Positions 19,103-27,186 of a stretch of 64,000 bases of DNA are shown piece by piece. This DNA comes from Candidatus Moraniibacteriota bacterium. GTDB lineage: Bacteria; Patescibacteriota; Minisyncoccia; Moranbacterales; UBA1568. The notes below the pieces were generated by a model. It saw only the letters and a list, made by a program, of their open reading frames with translations. It did no database searches and was not told the origin of the DNA. Positions within the stretch are counted from its first letter, which is position 1. Each line of letters opens with the position of its first letter. The stretch lies in contig JBBCGM010000002.1 of assembly GCA_037201605.1 (NCBI GenBank), positions 80,697 to 144,696 of the forward strand, written 5' to 3'. The translations under genes and the position numbers were made by a program.

Positions 19103-21721
19103 TTAGCCGCTGCAGCTGACACAGTCGTCATCTTTGACTTCGCCGGAGAGGCTGCGTACGTAGTAGACCGTCTTAATCCCCTCTCCCCAGGCCTTTTGAT
19201 AGTAGGCGAAGAGCTGGGCGGGACTTACTTTGGCGGGGTCAATCATCCATTCGAAGCTGATGGACTGGTCTACCCACTTGTAGACGACGGCAATGAGACT
19301 GATGACGTCGGCCATGTCCATATTGATGTACTCCTTGTAGAACCAGAAGTTTTCCTTCGAGAGCTTGGGTGCGACGCGGAGCGTAGGAGCCGAGAGATTG
19401 GTTTCCACGAAATAGCGCTTGTAGATAGGCAGAAGGGCCGCTGTGGTCCCTACCACGCCTGCGGTAGAGGTATTGGGAGCCGGAGCCGTATGGTAGGCGA
19501 AACGTACGCCGGTTGATTGCATGTCGGCAAAGAGCGCCTTCCATTCATCCGCATGCGGCGTGTTCTCGGTGTACCATTCCTCCTTACGTCCGAGGAGAAT
19601 TCCCTTCTGGTACTCGCTCCCTGGGAACAGATCGTAGTGGCCGCGCTCCTTAGCGATATCAGCCGAGGCGCGGTAGGTGTGGTACGCATAGCGCTCGAAC
19701 AAACGATCCACCTCGCTTCTGGCTGCTTCGCTATCGTAGGCGATCTTATTGACGGCCAGGTACTCGGCGAGTCCCAAGTAGCCCAGGCCCACGCTTCGGT
19801 AACGCATCGCTGTGCGGCGAGCTTCCTCGATCGGGTAGTAGTTCAGCGTAATGACGTTGTCGAGGATGCGCATAACGACCGGGAACACTTCGGCAATGAC
19901 TGCATCCGTATTAACGGTCGCGACGTTGATGGAGGCGAGGTTACAGACTACCAGATCTCCGGGTTCGTAGCGCAGCACGATCTTTCCGTCCTCGATGGTC
20001 TCCTCGATGAATTTCGAAGTCGAGGTGTTCTGGCAGATCTCAGTGCACAGCTGAGTCGAGTAAATATTTCCGGCGTGCTTATTGGGGTTCAGACGGTTAA
20101 CGGTGTCACGGAAAAAGACATAAGGCATGCCGGTTTCAACGGTCGTTTTCAGGAACTTTTTGAAGAGTTCCTTGGCCTTGATCGTCTTCTTCATGGTCAT
20201 GCGTTCGTCCTGTTCCAACTCCAGGTAAAAAGCATCGAACTCATCGTTGAAGTGATCCTGAAGATTTTTGCCGTGCACGTGCTTGACCTGGTAGGGATCA
20301 AAGAGCGTCCATTCCCCGTCTTCCTGAAGGCGTTTCATGAAGAGATCGGGAACGGAAACAGCTGGGAAAATATCGAACGCCTTCGAGCGGATATCGCCCG
20401 TCTCTGTCTGCAGGTCGAGAAAGTCATAGATATCCAGGTGCCAGAAATCGAGCGTTACGGAGATAGCGCCGAGGCGCGCTCCCAGCTGGTTGACGGCAAC
20501 TGCTGTATCGTTAATGACTTTGATCCAGGGGTTAACGCCGCCGGACATGCCGAGCACGCCGCGAATCATGCTGCCGCGGGACCGTATATTGCCCAGGTAC
20601 ACGCCCACACCTCCGCCGAACTTGGAAATCTGGGCCATGTTTTCAACCGCGTGATAGATGCCGCGCAGATCGTCGTCCACATTGATCTTGAAGCAGCTGG
20701 AAAGCTGGTGGAAATTGGTGCGTGAGTTGAGAAGGGTCGGTGTCGGCAAGGAGATACGCTGCTCGGAGCAGTGCTTGTAAATCTCGAGTGCGAACTTCAA
20801 GCGATTTTCATCCGTTTCCGGAATGGCGAGGAAGAGCGCGATCGACATGTACATTTCCTGAGGCAGCTCTTTGACGATCTTATTAGGGTTGAGCAGATAG
20901 CGTTTGGCAAACGAAACGATGGTCGTGTATTCGTAGGTATCATCCGTTTCTTTGTTCAGGTGGCGTCCTGCTTCGAGAATGTCTTCTTTGGAGTAGTACT
21001 TATAGAAATCTTTGTAGTAGAGTCCGTTCGCGATGTATTCATCAAAGAGCGCGGCATAGGCTTCCGGCGTGTAGACCTCTTCCTGTTTGAGTCCGCGGTT
21101 CTTGGTGGCTTGTTTGTACAGACCTCCGAGTTGGATGCGCGCTGCAACATTCTGCCAGGCGATGTTCTCGACGGAGACGAGATCGATACAGGTCTTGATG
21201 AGAAGCTTCTCGATATCTTTGGTTTGAATGTCTTCGACGAGATTTTTTTTGAAAGCTTCCATCAGCTCATCAAGCGAACATTCTTCCTCGAAGCCTTTGG
21301 CAGCCCGATCAAACAGTACGCGCAATTTTTTGACATCAAAGCGCTCGTGCGACCCATCACTCTTGGTTACCTGAAGCGTGTTCTTCTCGAATTCATCAAT
21401 GAGCTTCGCCATGCGCGCTTCACGCTCTTTGCGCCGCGTTTCGCGGTAGAGGATAAATGCCTTGGCGAGTTCGAAACGATTCGTCTTGACCAGGTTGCGC
21501 TCCACGATGTCCTGAATATCTTCGACGGAAGGCGTGCGGTTCGTGAAGATTTCCGTATAGACGTGATCCAAATCGCCGATAATATCATCGGTCAATCCCG
21601 GAATGAATTCCTTGTCCGGTTCCCCTATGGCTTCACAGGCCAGGGCGATAGCGTTTTCAATGCGCGTGCGGTTGAAGGGGACGATCTCTCCATCGCGGCG
21701 GCGAATCTTGTCGATAGGCAT
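19103..21721 (-). CDS. nrdA: Ribonucleotide reductase class I alpha subunit with N-terminal ATP-cone
   Basis: 872 aa. ATP-cone (IRRRDGEIVPFNRTRIENAI), catalytic NLCTEI-like (STQLCTEICQ) and C-terminal CxxC tail (DDCVSCSG). Confidence 0.9.
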   Translation of the reverse strand: MPIDKIRRRDGEIVPFNRTRIENAIALACEAIGEPDKEFIPGLTDDIIGDLDHVYTEIFTNRTPSVEDIQDIVERNLVKTNRFELAKAFILYRETRRKEREARMAKLIDEFEKNTLQVTKSDGSHERFDVKKLRVLFDRAAKGFEEECSLDELMEAFKKNLVEDIQTKDIEKLLIKTCIDLVSVENIAWQNVAARIQLGGLYKQATKNRGLKQEEVYTPEAYAALFDEYIANGLYYKDFYKYYSKEDILEAGRHLNKETDDTYEYTTIVSFAKRYLLNPNKIVKELPQEMYMSIALFLAIPETDENRLKFALEIYKHCSEQRISLPTPTLLNSRTNFHQLSSCFKINVDDDLRGIYHAVENMAQISKFGGGVGVYLGNIRSRGSMIRGVLGMSGGVNPWIKVINDTAVAVNQLGARLGAISVTLDFWHLDIYDFLDLQTETGDIRSKAFDIFPAVSVPDLFMKRLQEDGEWTLFDPYQVKHVHGKNLQDHFNDEFDAFYLELEQDERMTMKKTIKAKELFKKFLKTTVETGMPYVFFRDTVNRLNPNKHAGNIYSTQLCTEICQNTSTSKFIEETIEDGKIVLRYEPGDLVVCNLASINVATVNTDAVIAEVFPVVMRILDNVITLNYYPIEEARRTAMRYRSVGLGYLGLAEYLAVNKIAYDSEAARSEVDRLFERYAYHTYRASADIAKERGHYDLFPGSEYQKGILLGRKEEWYTENTPHADEWKALFADMQSTGVRFAYHTAPAPNTSTAGVVGTTAALLPIYKRYFVETNLSAPTLRVAPKLSKENFWFYKEYINMDMADVISLIAVVYKWVDQSISFEWMIDPAKVSPAQLFAYYQKAWGEGIKTVYYVRSLSGEVKDDDCVSCSG

Positions 21722-21773
21722 AACAGTTTTTCTTGGTTCGGATTAATTTGTTTTTCTTTCAATCGAATGCCCC

Positions 21774-22355
21774 CTATTTTCCTTCTTGGTAGCGGCGCTC
21801 TATTTCTTTCCAATCGATGGAACGCATAAAGGTTTCGATGTAGTCGGCGCGCTTGGTGCCGTAATCAATCATGAACGCGTGTTCGAAAACATCCATATTG
21901 ACGAGAATGCGCGATCCGGCCAGGTGTCCCATATCGTGCTCGTTCACCCAAACATTTAAGAGTTCGCCGGTGTGCAGGTCTTCATAGAGAATGGCCCATC
22001 CCATGCCCCGCATTGCGCCGATCGTTGTAAAATTCTTGCTCCATTTTTCAAAACTTCCGAAACATTCTATGAGCTTCTGCAGGAGCAGGCCTTCGCCGAG
22101 CTCATTCTTTTCTTTCGTCATGCCTCCGAAATAAAATTCGTGCAAGCGCATGCCGTTCCATTCCCAGCCGAAGCGCCGTTGCAGCTCTGCATGCTCTGGC
22201 GATGCAATCTCGGTTCCTCGAAGTTTTTCGATGATGAGATTGGCGTTCTTCACGTAGCCTTCGTAGAGCGTGAAGTGATTGGTCATGAGCGTATCGCTCA
22301 GTCCCTCGATGCCGAGCAGATGATCATACTTTTTAGCAGCGTAGACGTCAGCCAT
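21774..22355 (-). CDS. Fe/Mn superoxide dismutase
   Basis: Internal ATG of ORF 21774..22430. Motifs HFTLYEGYV, LHEFYF and DVFEHAFMIDY (D..EHAY-type metal ligand motif). Confidence 0.85.
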   Translation of the reverse strand: MADVYAAKKYDHLLGIEGLSDTLMTNHFTLYEGYVKNANLIIEKLRGTEIASPEHAELQRRFGWEWNGMRLHEFYFGGMTKEKNELGEGLLLQKLIECFGSFEKWSKNFTTIGAMRGMGWAILYEDLHTGELLNVWVNEHDMGHLAGSRILVNMDVFEHAFMIDYGTKRADYIETFMRSIDWKEIERRYQEGK

Positions 22356-22700
22356 AGGTGTTGCCTTATTAATTTTGATGAATGAAAAATAATTTTTACT
22401 GAGAGTGTGAAGTACGGCGGGAGACCGCATGTATTTTACCGACGCCTCCGTATGATACGAACCTGTAAACGCGCTGTCAAATACGCCCCCACAGCTCAGG
22501 TGAGGGAAGGCGTAAAACCGTTATTTAAAGAAAAAGCAGGAAAAACAACTATATGTTGTATGCACAGTCCATTATACACCACAAGAGAACAAAATGCAAA
22601 TTTTACTTCTTGCCAAAAGAAGCGCACTATGACACAAGAAGAAAAGCAGCCTAGCAGAAGCCTTTTTGCTTCCCCGCATATCCCTCAACCGAGTATTTGT

Positions 22701-23768
22701 ATGCCCGAATTTCCTATATTTCTCGTTCCGCGGCGCTTTGAAGGCGACCGGCTTGATCGAGTACTTCCCAAAATCCTCGTCGCCTCCCGCGAGCCTGGTT
22801 TGGCGCAGGCCAAAGCTTTGTGGGTGGACCTTTCCAGGGCCTCTTGGCAGCACAAGCTAGCCCGCCAGGAGGTCCTCGTAAACGGCAAACCCGCCGCCAT
22901 CGACCAAAAGGTCCGCGCCGGCGATCGCCTTACAGTGCTTCCGAACAAGAAAGCCCTCCCCAAGGCGCTCAAAAGCCCTAGCCCCTACCAGATTCTCTCC
23001 AAAACGCCCGCTTTTTTGGCGGTTAACAAAGGCCCGGCACTGAGCGTTCATCCGGTATCCGGGCATTCTCACTCAGAGATGACCCTAATCGAAGCTCTTT
23101 CCCAAACCTATCCAGAGTTGGCTAAACTGAGTGAAATGCGTAACGGCCTCATTCATCGTCTGGATCGGGATACCTCGGGGATTCTTTTAGTTGCTCGCAA
23201 GGCCCAAGCGGTCGTAGAGCTTAAAAAGCTTTTTCAGAGCCGAAAAATCGAAAAACGCTACCTCGCTCTTGTTTTTGGAGAAATGCCCGTTAAAGGGGTA
23301 TTAGAAGATGCTTTAGTGAGAAAGAAAGGCTCTCTCAAGCGAAAAATTGCCAAAAAACCCGAAGAGGAGCCCCAAAGCCGTTTGGCGCGTCTTTCTTACG
23401 AGCGCCTGGCGTGGAGCCAGAAAGACAATGTCAGTTTGGTGCTGGTGAGCCTGGAAACCGGAAGGACTCATCAGATCCGCGTTCAGATGGCAGCTTTCGG
23501 CCACCCTGTCTTAGGAGACCATCTGTATGCCTCCAAGCCCTCGAGAGACCTTTCGCGTGCATTGGGCACCCCCCGGCAGATGCTCCATGCTGCTTCTCTC
23601 CGTTTTTCTCTCGGTGCCCGGGATTATGCTCTGCAAGCGCCCCTCCCGGCTGATTTTCAGGCCCAAATCGAGCGTTTCCCGGCCGGATTCAAGAGAGCCA
23701 CGGAGACTTTTTTCTCGAAAGCATCTCCTTCCTCCTCCTCAGAGCCCAAAAGAGCCGTTTCTTCTTGA
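22701..23768 (+). CDS. RluA-family pseudouridine synthase (RluD-like, N-terminal S4-like domain)
   Basis: HRLDRDTSGILLVARK catalytic motif and GRTHQIRVQMA. Start ambiguous between 22629 and 22701. Confidence 0.8.
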   Translation: MPEFPIFLVPRRFEGDRLDRVLPKILVASREPGLAQAKALWVDLSRASWQHKLARQEVLVNGKPAAIDQKVRAGDRLTVLPNKKALPKALKSPSPYQILSKTPAFLAVNKGPALSVHPVSGHSHSEMTLIEALSQTYPELAKLSEMRNGLIHRLDRDTSGILLVARKAQAVVELKKLFQSRKIEKRYLALVFGEMPVKGVLEDALVRKKGSLKRKIAKKPEEEPQSRLARLSYERLAWSQKDNVSLVLVSLETGRTHQIRVQMAAFGHPVLGDHLYASKPSRDLSRALGTPRQMLHAASLRFSLGARDYALQAPLPADFQAQIERFPAGFKRATETFFSKASPSSSSEPKRAVSS

Positions 23769-23889
23769 CGAAACAAGGGATACTCGCTATGATACCGAGG
23801 CTAAAAAGCCTGTCCGGTCTCGGAATCCCTCTTCCGATTTTCCGCTCTCTCAGGCCTTTTTTCTTTCATTCAGCTATATTTTATTTCGT

Positions 23890-24444
23890 ATGCACCAGAA
23901 ACTGATCGCTTTCAACCAGGCCCAGCGCCGTTCGTACCCCCTCGTGCCTGATCTCCAGAGTGGCGATGTGGTGCGTATTTCCCGTAAGATCCGCGAAGGC
24001 GCCAAGGAGCGTATCCAGATCTTCCAAGGCACTATTATCGCTATCAATGGCGGACAGAGCTCTTCCAAGACTATTACGGTCCGCAAGGACTCGTTCGGAA
24101 TAGGCGTCGAACTGGTACTTCCCCTCTCCTCTCCTCAGATTGAAAAGATCGAGTTTGTGAAGCGTACCAAGACCCGCCGCTCCAAGCTTTACTTCGTACG
24201 CGACAAGTCGGTCAAGGTACTCCGCAAGAAGCTCAAAGAAGTCTCTATGAAGGGTATTCTGGCCAGTCTTTCGGCGGCTGCAGTGGCTGAAAAGGAAGCC
24301 GAAGCTGCCCCCGCTCCGGAGTCCGAAGAAGCCTCTTCACCGGAACCTATCGAGGAACCGGTAGAAACTACGGAAGCTCCCGAGGAGTCTCCTGCCGAGG
24401 ACAGCACGCCTGTTGAAACCGAAGAAACCGAGAAAGCGGCTTAA
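23890..24444 (+). CDS. rplS: 50S ribosomal protein L19 with acidic C-terminal tail of about 70 aa
   Basis: MHQKLIAFNQAQ...PDLQSGDVVRISRKIREGAKERIQIFQGTIIAINGG...RRSKLYFVRD, then an E/P/A-rich tail. Confidence 0.9.
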   Translation: MHQKLIAFNQAQRRSYPLVPDLQSGDVVRISRKIREGAKERIQIFQGTIIAINGGQSSSKTITVRKDSFGIGVELVLPLSSPQIEKIEFVKRTKTRRSKLYFVRDKSVKVLRKKLKEVSMKGILASLSAAAVAEKEAEAAPAPESEEASSPEPIEEPVETTEAPEESPAEDSTPVETEETEKAA

Positions 24445-24460
24445 TCACGCTTTCCCACCT

Positions 24461-24544
24461 GCCCAGGTGGCGGAATTGGTATACGCGCTAGCTTGAGGTG
24501 CTAGTTCCCGCAAGGGATTGGAGGTTCGAGTCCTCTCTTGGGCA
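24461..24544 (+). tRNA. tRNA-Leu (anticodon GAG)
   Basis: Acceptor GCCCAGG/CTTGGGC, anticodon arm CTAGC-TTGAGGT-GCTAG, long variable arm, T-loop GGTTCGAGTCC. Confidence 0.85.
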
Positions 24545-24560
24545 CACACAGAAGTACATT

Positions 24561-24634
24561 GCACGCTTAGCTCAGTTGGTTAGAGCATCTCGTTTACACC
24601 GAGAGGGTCCAAGGTTCGAGTCCTTGAGCGTGCA
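24561..24634 (+). tRNA. tRNA-Val (anticodon TAC)
   Basis: Acceptor GCACGCT/AGCGTGC, anticodon arm TCTCG-TTTACAC-CGAGA, T-loop GGTTCGAGTCC. Confidence 0.9.
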
Positions 24635-24646
24635 CAGGTCCCTTTC

Positions 24647-24721
<75 letters not shown>

Positions 24722-24796
24722 GCGACAGGTTAAAAAGAGTGTCTAAGTGGTGTATAAGTGGTTTATACCCCTAATATCCACTAAAATAGGGCTACA

Positions 24797-25024
24797 GGGA
24801 CTGTATCCGCCAGCTGGCGGAGGTAAGAGCAGGCGGCTCATAACCGCTTGGTCGTTGGCCCGCCCCGTGCCAAAATTGACATCATAGATTTAGGGTCCGT
24901 AGCTCAGCGGTAAGAGCAGGCGGCTCATAACCGCTTGGTCGTTGGTTCGAATCCAACCGGACCCACTGACAGGACGGTTAGGTAATGTCAATTTTGGTAC
25001 GGGGTGAAAATCCAACCAGTCCCA
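24797..25024 (+). other. tRNA-like outer shell (anticodon CAT) split at its T-loop position by a 146-nt hairpin-ended insert carrying a complete tRNA(CAT)
   Basis: The 5' part (24797-24858) and 3' part (25005-25024) give acceptor GGGACTG/CAGTCCC and T stem GTTGG/CCAAC. A 35-nt stretch spanning the 3' part of the D arm, the anticodon arm, the variable region and the 5' strand of the T stem is identical to the inner tRNA. The insert is bounded by inverted repeats 24863-24882 and 24985-25004. Confidence 0.6.
24893..24965 (+). tRNA. tRNA with anticodon CAT (elongator Met or Ile2; not an initiator type)
   Basis: GGGTCCG/CGGACCC acceptor, D arm GCTC-AGCGGTAA-GAGC, anticodon arm GGCGG-CTCATAA-CCGCT, T arm GTTGG-TTCGAAT-CCAAC. 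G1-C72 is paired. Confidence 0.9.
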
Positions 25025-25037
25025 CTGTCAGTAGAAA

Positions 25038-25108
25038 GCGGCTATCGTATACTGGTATTATACTACCTTGCCAAGGTAGGGAAACGGGTTCGATTCCCGT
25101 TAGCCGCT
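25038..25108 (+). tRNA. tRNA-Gly (anticodon GCC)
   Basis: Acceptor GCGGCTA/TAGCCGC, anticodon arm CTACC-TTGCCAA-GGTAG, T arm ACGGG-TTCGATT-CCCGT. The D-arm parse is less certain. Confidence 0.75.
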
Positions 25109-25298
25109 CACAAAGAGCAGAGACCCGGCTTCGTGCCGGGCTTTGCTTTTTTGGCTAACGGGAATCGAACGGGAAAGGGGTCGGGAAAACGGGAGTTTTC
25201 CCGTAAGCGGAGAGCAGCGAGTCTGCGAGCGCTGAGAACCGAGGGGTTCTCAGAGCGCAGGCCATAGGCCGAGCAGAGAGATCTCCCGTTAGCCGCTC
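25086..25298. repeat. Direct and inverted partial copies of the tRNA-Gly 3' end (att-like scars)
   Basis: TCCCGTTAGCCGCTCA occurs at 25095-25110 and again at 25283-25298. An inverted copy GGCTAACGGGAATCGAAC lies at 25153-25170, and a degenerate copy CCCGTAAGCGG at about 25199-25210. Confidence 0.6.
25116..25152 (+). terminator. Intrinsic terminator after the tRNA cluster
   Basis: Stem CCCGGC-ttcgt-GCCGGG with flanking AGCAGAG/CTTTGCT, followed by TTTTTT. Confidence 0.6.
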
Positions 25299-25384
25299 AG
25301 GAAACAAGGGACTCCCTGTGAAGGGAGTTTTTTGATTCTTTGAAATACAAAAGTAAAGAAGGTCGTTATGCTAGAATTTAAGGT

Positions 25385-25891
25385 ATGAACCTGAAACTTA
25401 ATGTAAAGCCATTTCAAGAAACTCTTAATGCTGGGTATTGTGGCCCAGCCTCTTTGAAGATTGTCCTCGGCTATTATGGGCTTGATGTATCCGAAGAAGA
25501 GCTCGCGCAGAAAACAGGAGCAACAAAAGACCTGGGTACGACCGCAGAAAACTTGAAAAGAGCAGCTGAAGCATTTGGTTTTCAGGTGGAGATCCATGAT
25601 AATTGCGAACTTCAAGATATTGAAAAGTGGCTCGAGAAAAAAGTGCCGATTATTGTCGATTGGTTTACGGCAGGACGAAGTGACTACGAGCCTGATATCG
25701 CTTCTGTTGACGGGCATTATTCTGTAGTGAGCGGAATAGATGATACTCATATTTATCTCCAAGATCCAGAACTCGGCACAGAAAGAAAGATGCAGCGGGA
25801 AGTCTTCAATCGTGTCTGGTTTGATTTTTTAGGAGAACTTATTAAACCGGATGAGCTTGTCATTCGACAGCTTGTAGCGGTTTATAGGTAA
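25385..25891 (+). CDS. Peptidase C39-like papain-fold cysteine protease (stand-alone)
   Basis: LNAGYCGPASLKIVLGYYG (catalytic Cys context) and ...VDGHYSVVSGIDDTHIYLQDP (His). No ABC transporter domain. Confidence 0.65.
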   Translation: MNLKLNVKPFQETLNAGYCGPASLKIVLGYYGLDVSEEELAQKTGATKDLGTTAENLKRAAEAFGFQVEIHDNCELQDIEKWLEKKVPIIVDWFTAGRSDYEPDIASVDGHYSVVSGIDDTHIYLQDPELGTERKMQREVFNRVWFDFLGELIKPDELVIRQLVAVYR

Positions 25892-25921
25892 CCCAGTTCT
25901 TTTTGATATTAAAAACTTTCT

Positions 25922-26392
25922 ATGTCTCAAAACTACGAAGAAAAAGCAAAAAGAATCCTCTCAGGCATCTCATATGCAACTGTGGCTACGGTTACTCCGG
26001 AAGGAAAGGCATGGAACAGTCCGGTGGCGCATGACATGGATGAGAATCACAATATTTACTGGTTTTCTGACAAAGAAAACGAGCATTCAAAGAATATTCG
26101 CAATAACCCGAGCATATTTATTGTTATTTATGACTCCACTGCTCCAGATGGAGAAGGAGAAGGTGTCTACATCGAAGCTCTTGCAGAGGAACTTACCAAT
26201 GAGGTTGAAATTGACACGGTTCTGAGAATTAACCCAAACAATAAAGAAAAAGGATCAGATTTTCTTGGTGAAAATGTAAGACGTTGTTACAAAGCTATCC
26301 CGCAAAGAATGTGGCTCAATGATGCTGAAGAAAAAGATGGGGTTTTTATTCGAGATTACCGGGTTGAGATTGATCTGCTGAAGGAAGCTTAA
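25922..26392 (+). CDS. Pyridoxamine 5'-phosphate oxidase-family FMN-binding protein
   Basis: ISYATVATVTPEGKAWNSPV...IYWFSDKENEHSKNIRNNPSIFIVIYDS pattern. Confidence 0.55.
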   Translation: MSQNYEEKAKRILSGISYATVATVTPEGKAWNSPVAHDMDENHNIYWFSDKENEHSKNIRNNPSIFIVIYDSTAPDGEGEGVYIEALAEELTNEVEIDTVLRINPNNKEKGSDFLGENVRRCYKAIPQRMWLNDAEEKDGVFIRDYRVEIDLLKEA

Positions 26393-26423
26393 TGCTAGTG
26401 CTCTCCACCAAAGCACGGCCCAT

Positions 26424-27065
26424 ATGATCCACACGGTAATATTTGATTTTGACGGCACGCTGGCTGACACCCTGGATATATTCATTGCGGCGTATAACAA
26501 GATTGCTTCGAGGTACGCGCTCGATGCTATAGATCCGGCTCAAAAAGAATTTTTGCGTAACTTCGGCGCAAGAGAACTCATAAGAAAATACAGAATATCT
26601 CCCTGGAAACTCATGACTTTGACACGCCGCATGCGCTCCCAACTCAAAAAAGAAGGAGGGAGCACCTCTTTTTTCGAGGGAATAGATACTCTGTTTCAGG
26701 ATTTGAAACGAAAGGGATTCCGGATAGGAATAGTGACTTCAAATTCAGAAGAAAAAGTAAAAAGCTGTTTGGAAAAGTGGCATATCTCTTCTGACGTGGA
26801 TTTCATTCACTCAGAAAGAAATATTTTTGGAAAAGCCAAAGCCTTCTCTCATGTTTTGAAAAAATACAGCCTGAGCAAAGAAGAAGTAATCTATGTCGGG
26901 GACGAGGTAAGAGATATCGAGGCTGCGCATCAGGTAGGCATTCCCATCATTTCGGTTACCTGGGGATTTAATTCCAAGGAAAGATTGGCGCAGTCTCAGC
27001 CGGAACATCTTGCTTTACGTCCAAGCGAGATTCTAGAAATTGTCAGCGCTCACGGTGCGGTTTAG
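26424..27065 (+). CDS. HAD-superfamily phosphatase (phosphoglycolate phosphatase-like)
   Basis: Motif I VIFDFDGTLADT, motif II IVTSNS, motif III/IV K...YVGDEVRDIEAA. Confidence 0.8.
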   Translation: MIHTVIFDFDGTLADTLDIFIAAYNKIASRYALDAIDPAQKEFLRNFGARELIRKYRISPWKLMTLTRRMRSQLKKEGGSTSFFEGIDTLFQDLKRKGFRIGIVTSNSEEKVKSCLEKWHISSDVDFIHSERNIFGKAKAFSHVLKKYSLSKEEVIYVGDEVRDIEAAHQVGIPIISVTWGFNSKERLAQSQPEHLALRPSEILEIVSAHGAV

Positions 27066-27096
27066 CCGACTGGGAAGAGAATCCAAAGGATGGATA

Positions 27097-27120
27097 GGCC
27101 TCAAGGAAGAGGCCTTTTTA
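27097..27120 (+). terminator. Intrinsic terminator
   Basis: GGCCTC-aaggaa-GAGGCC followed by TTTTT. Confidence 0.6.
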
Positions 27121-27186
27121 TTTCCCCTGAAAAGTCAGTGCACTTTCTCAGGTTTTCTGTTATTATTTTTGTAATAAATACTCTTT

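Noticed and set aside
19517-21829. Long plus-strand ORFs (19517..20725, 402 aa; 20771..21829, 352 aa)
   Set aside because: They lie antisense to the intact, motif-rich nrdA gene. Their translations are low-complexity with no motifs. They are shadow ORFs.
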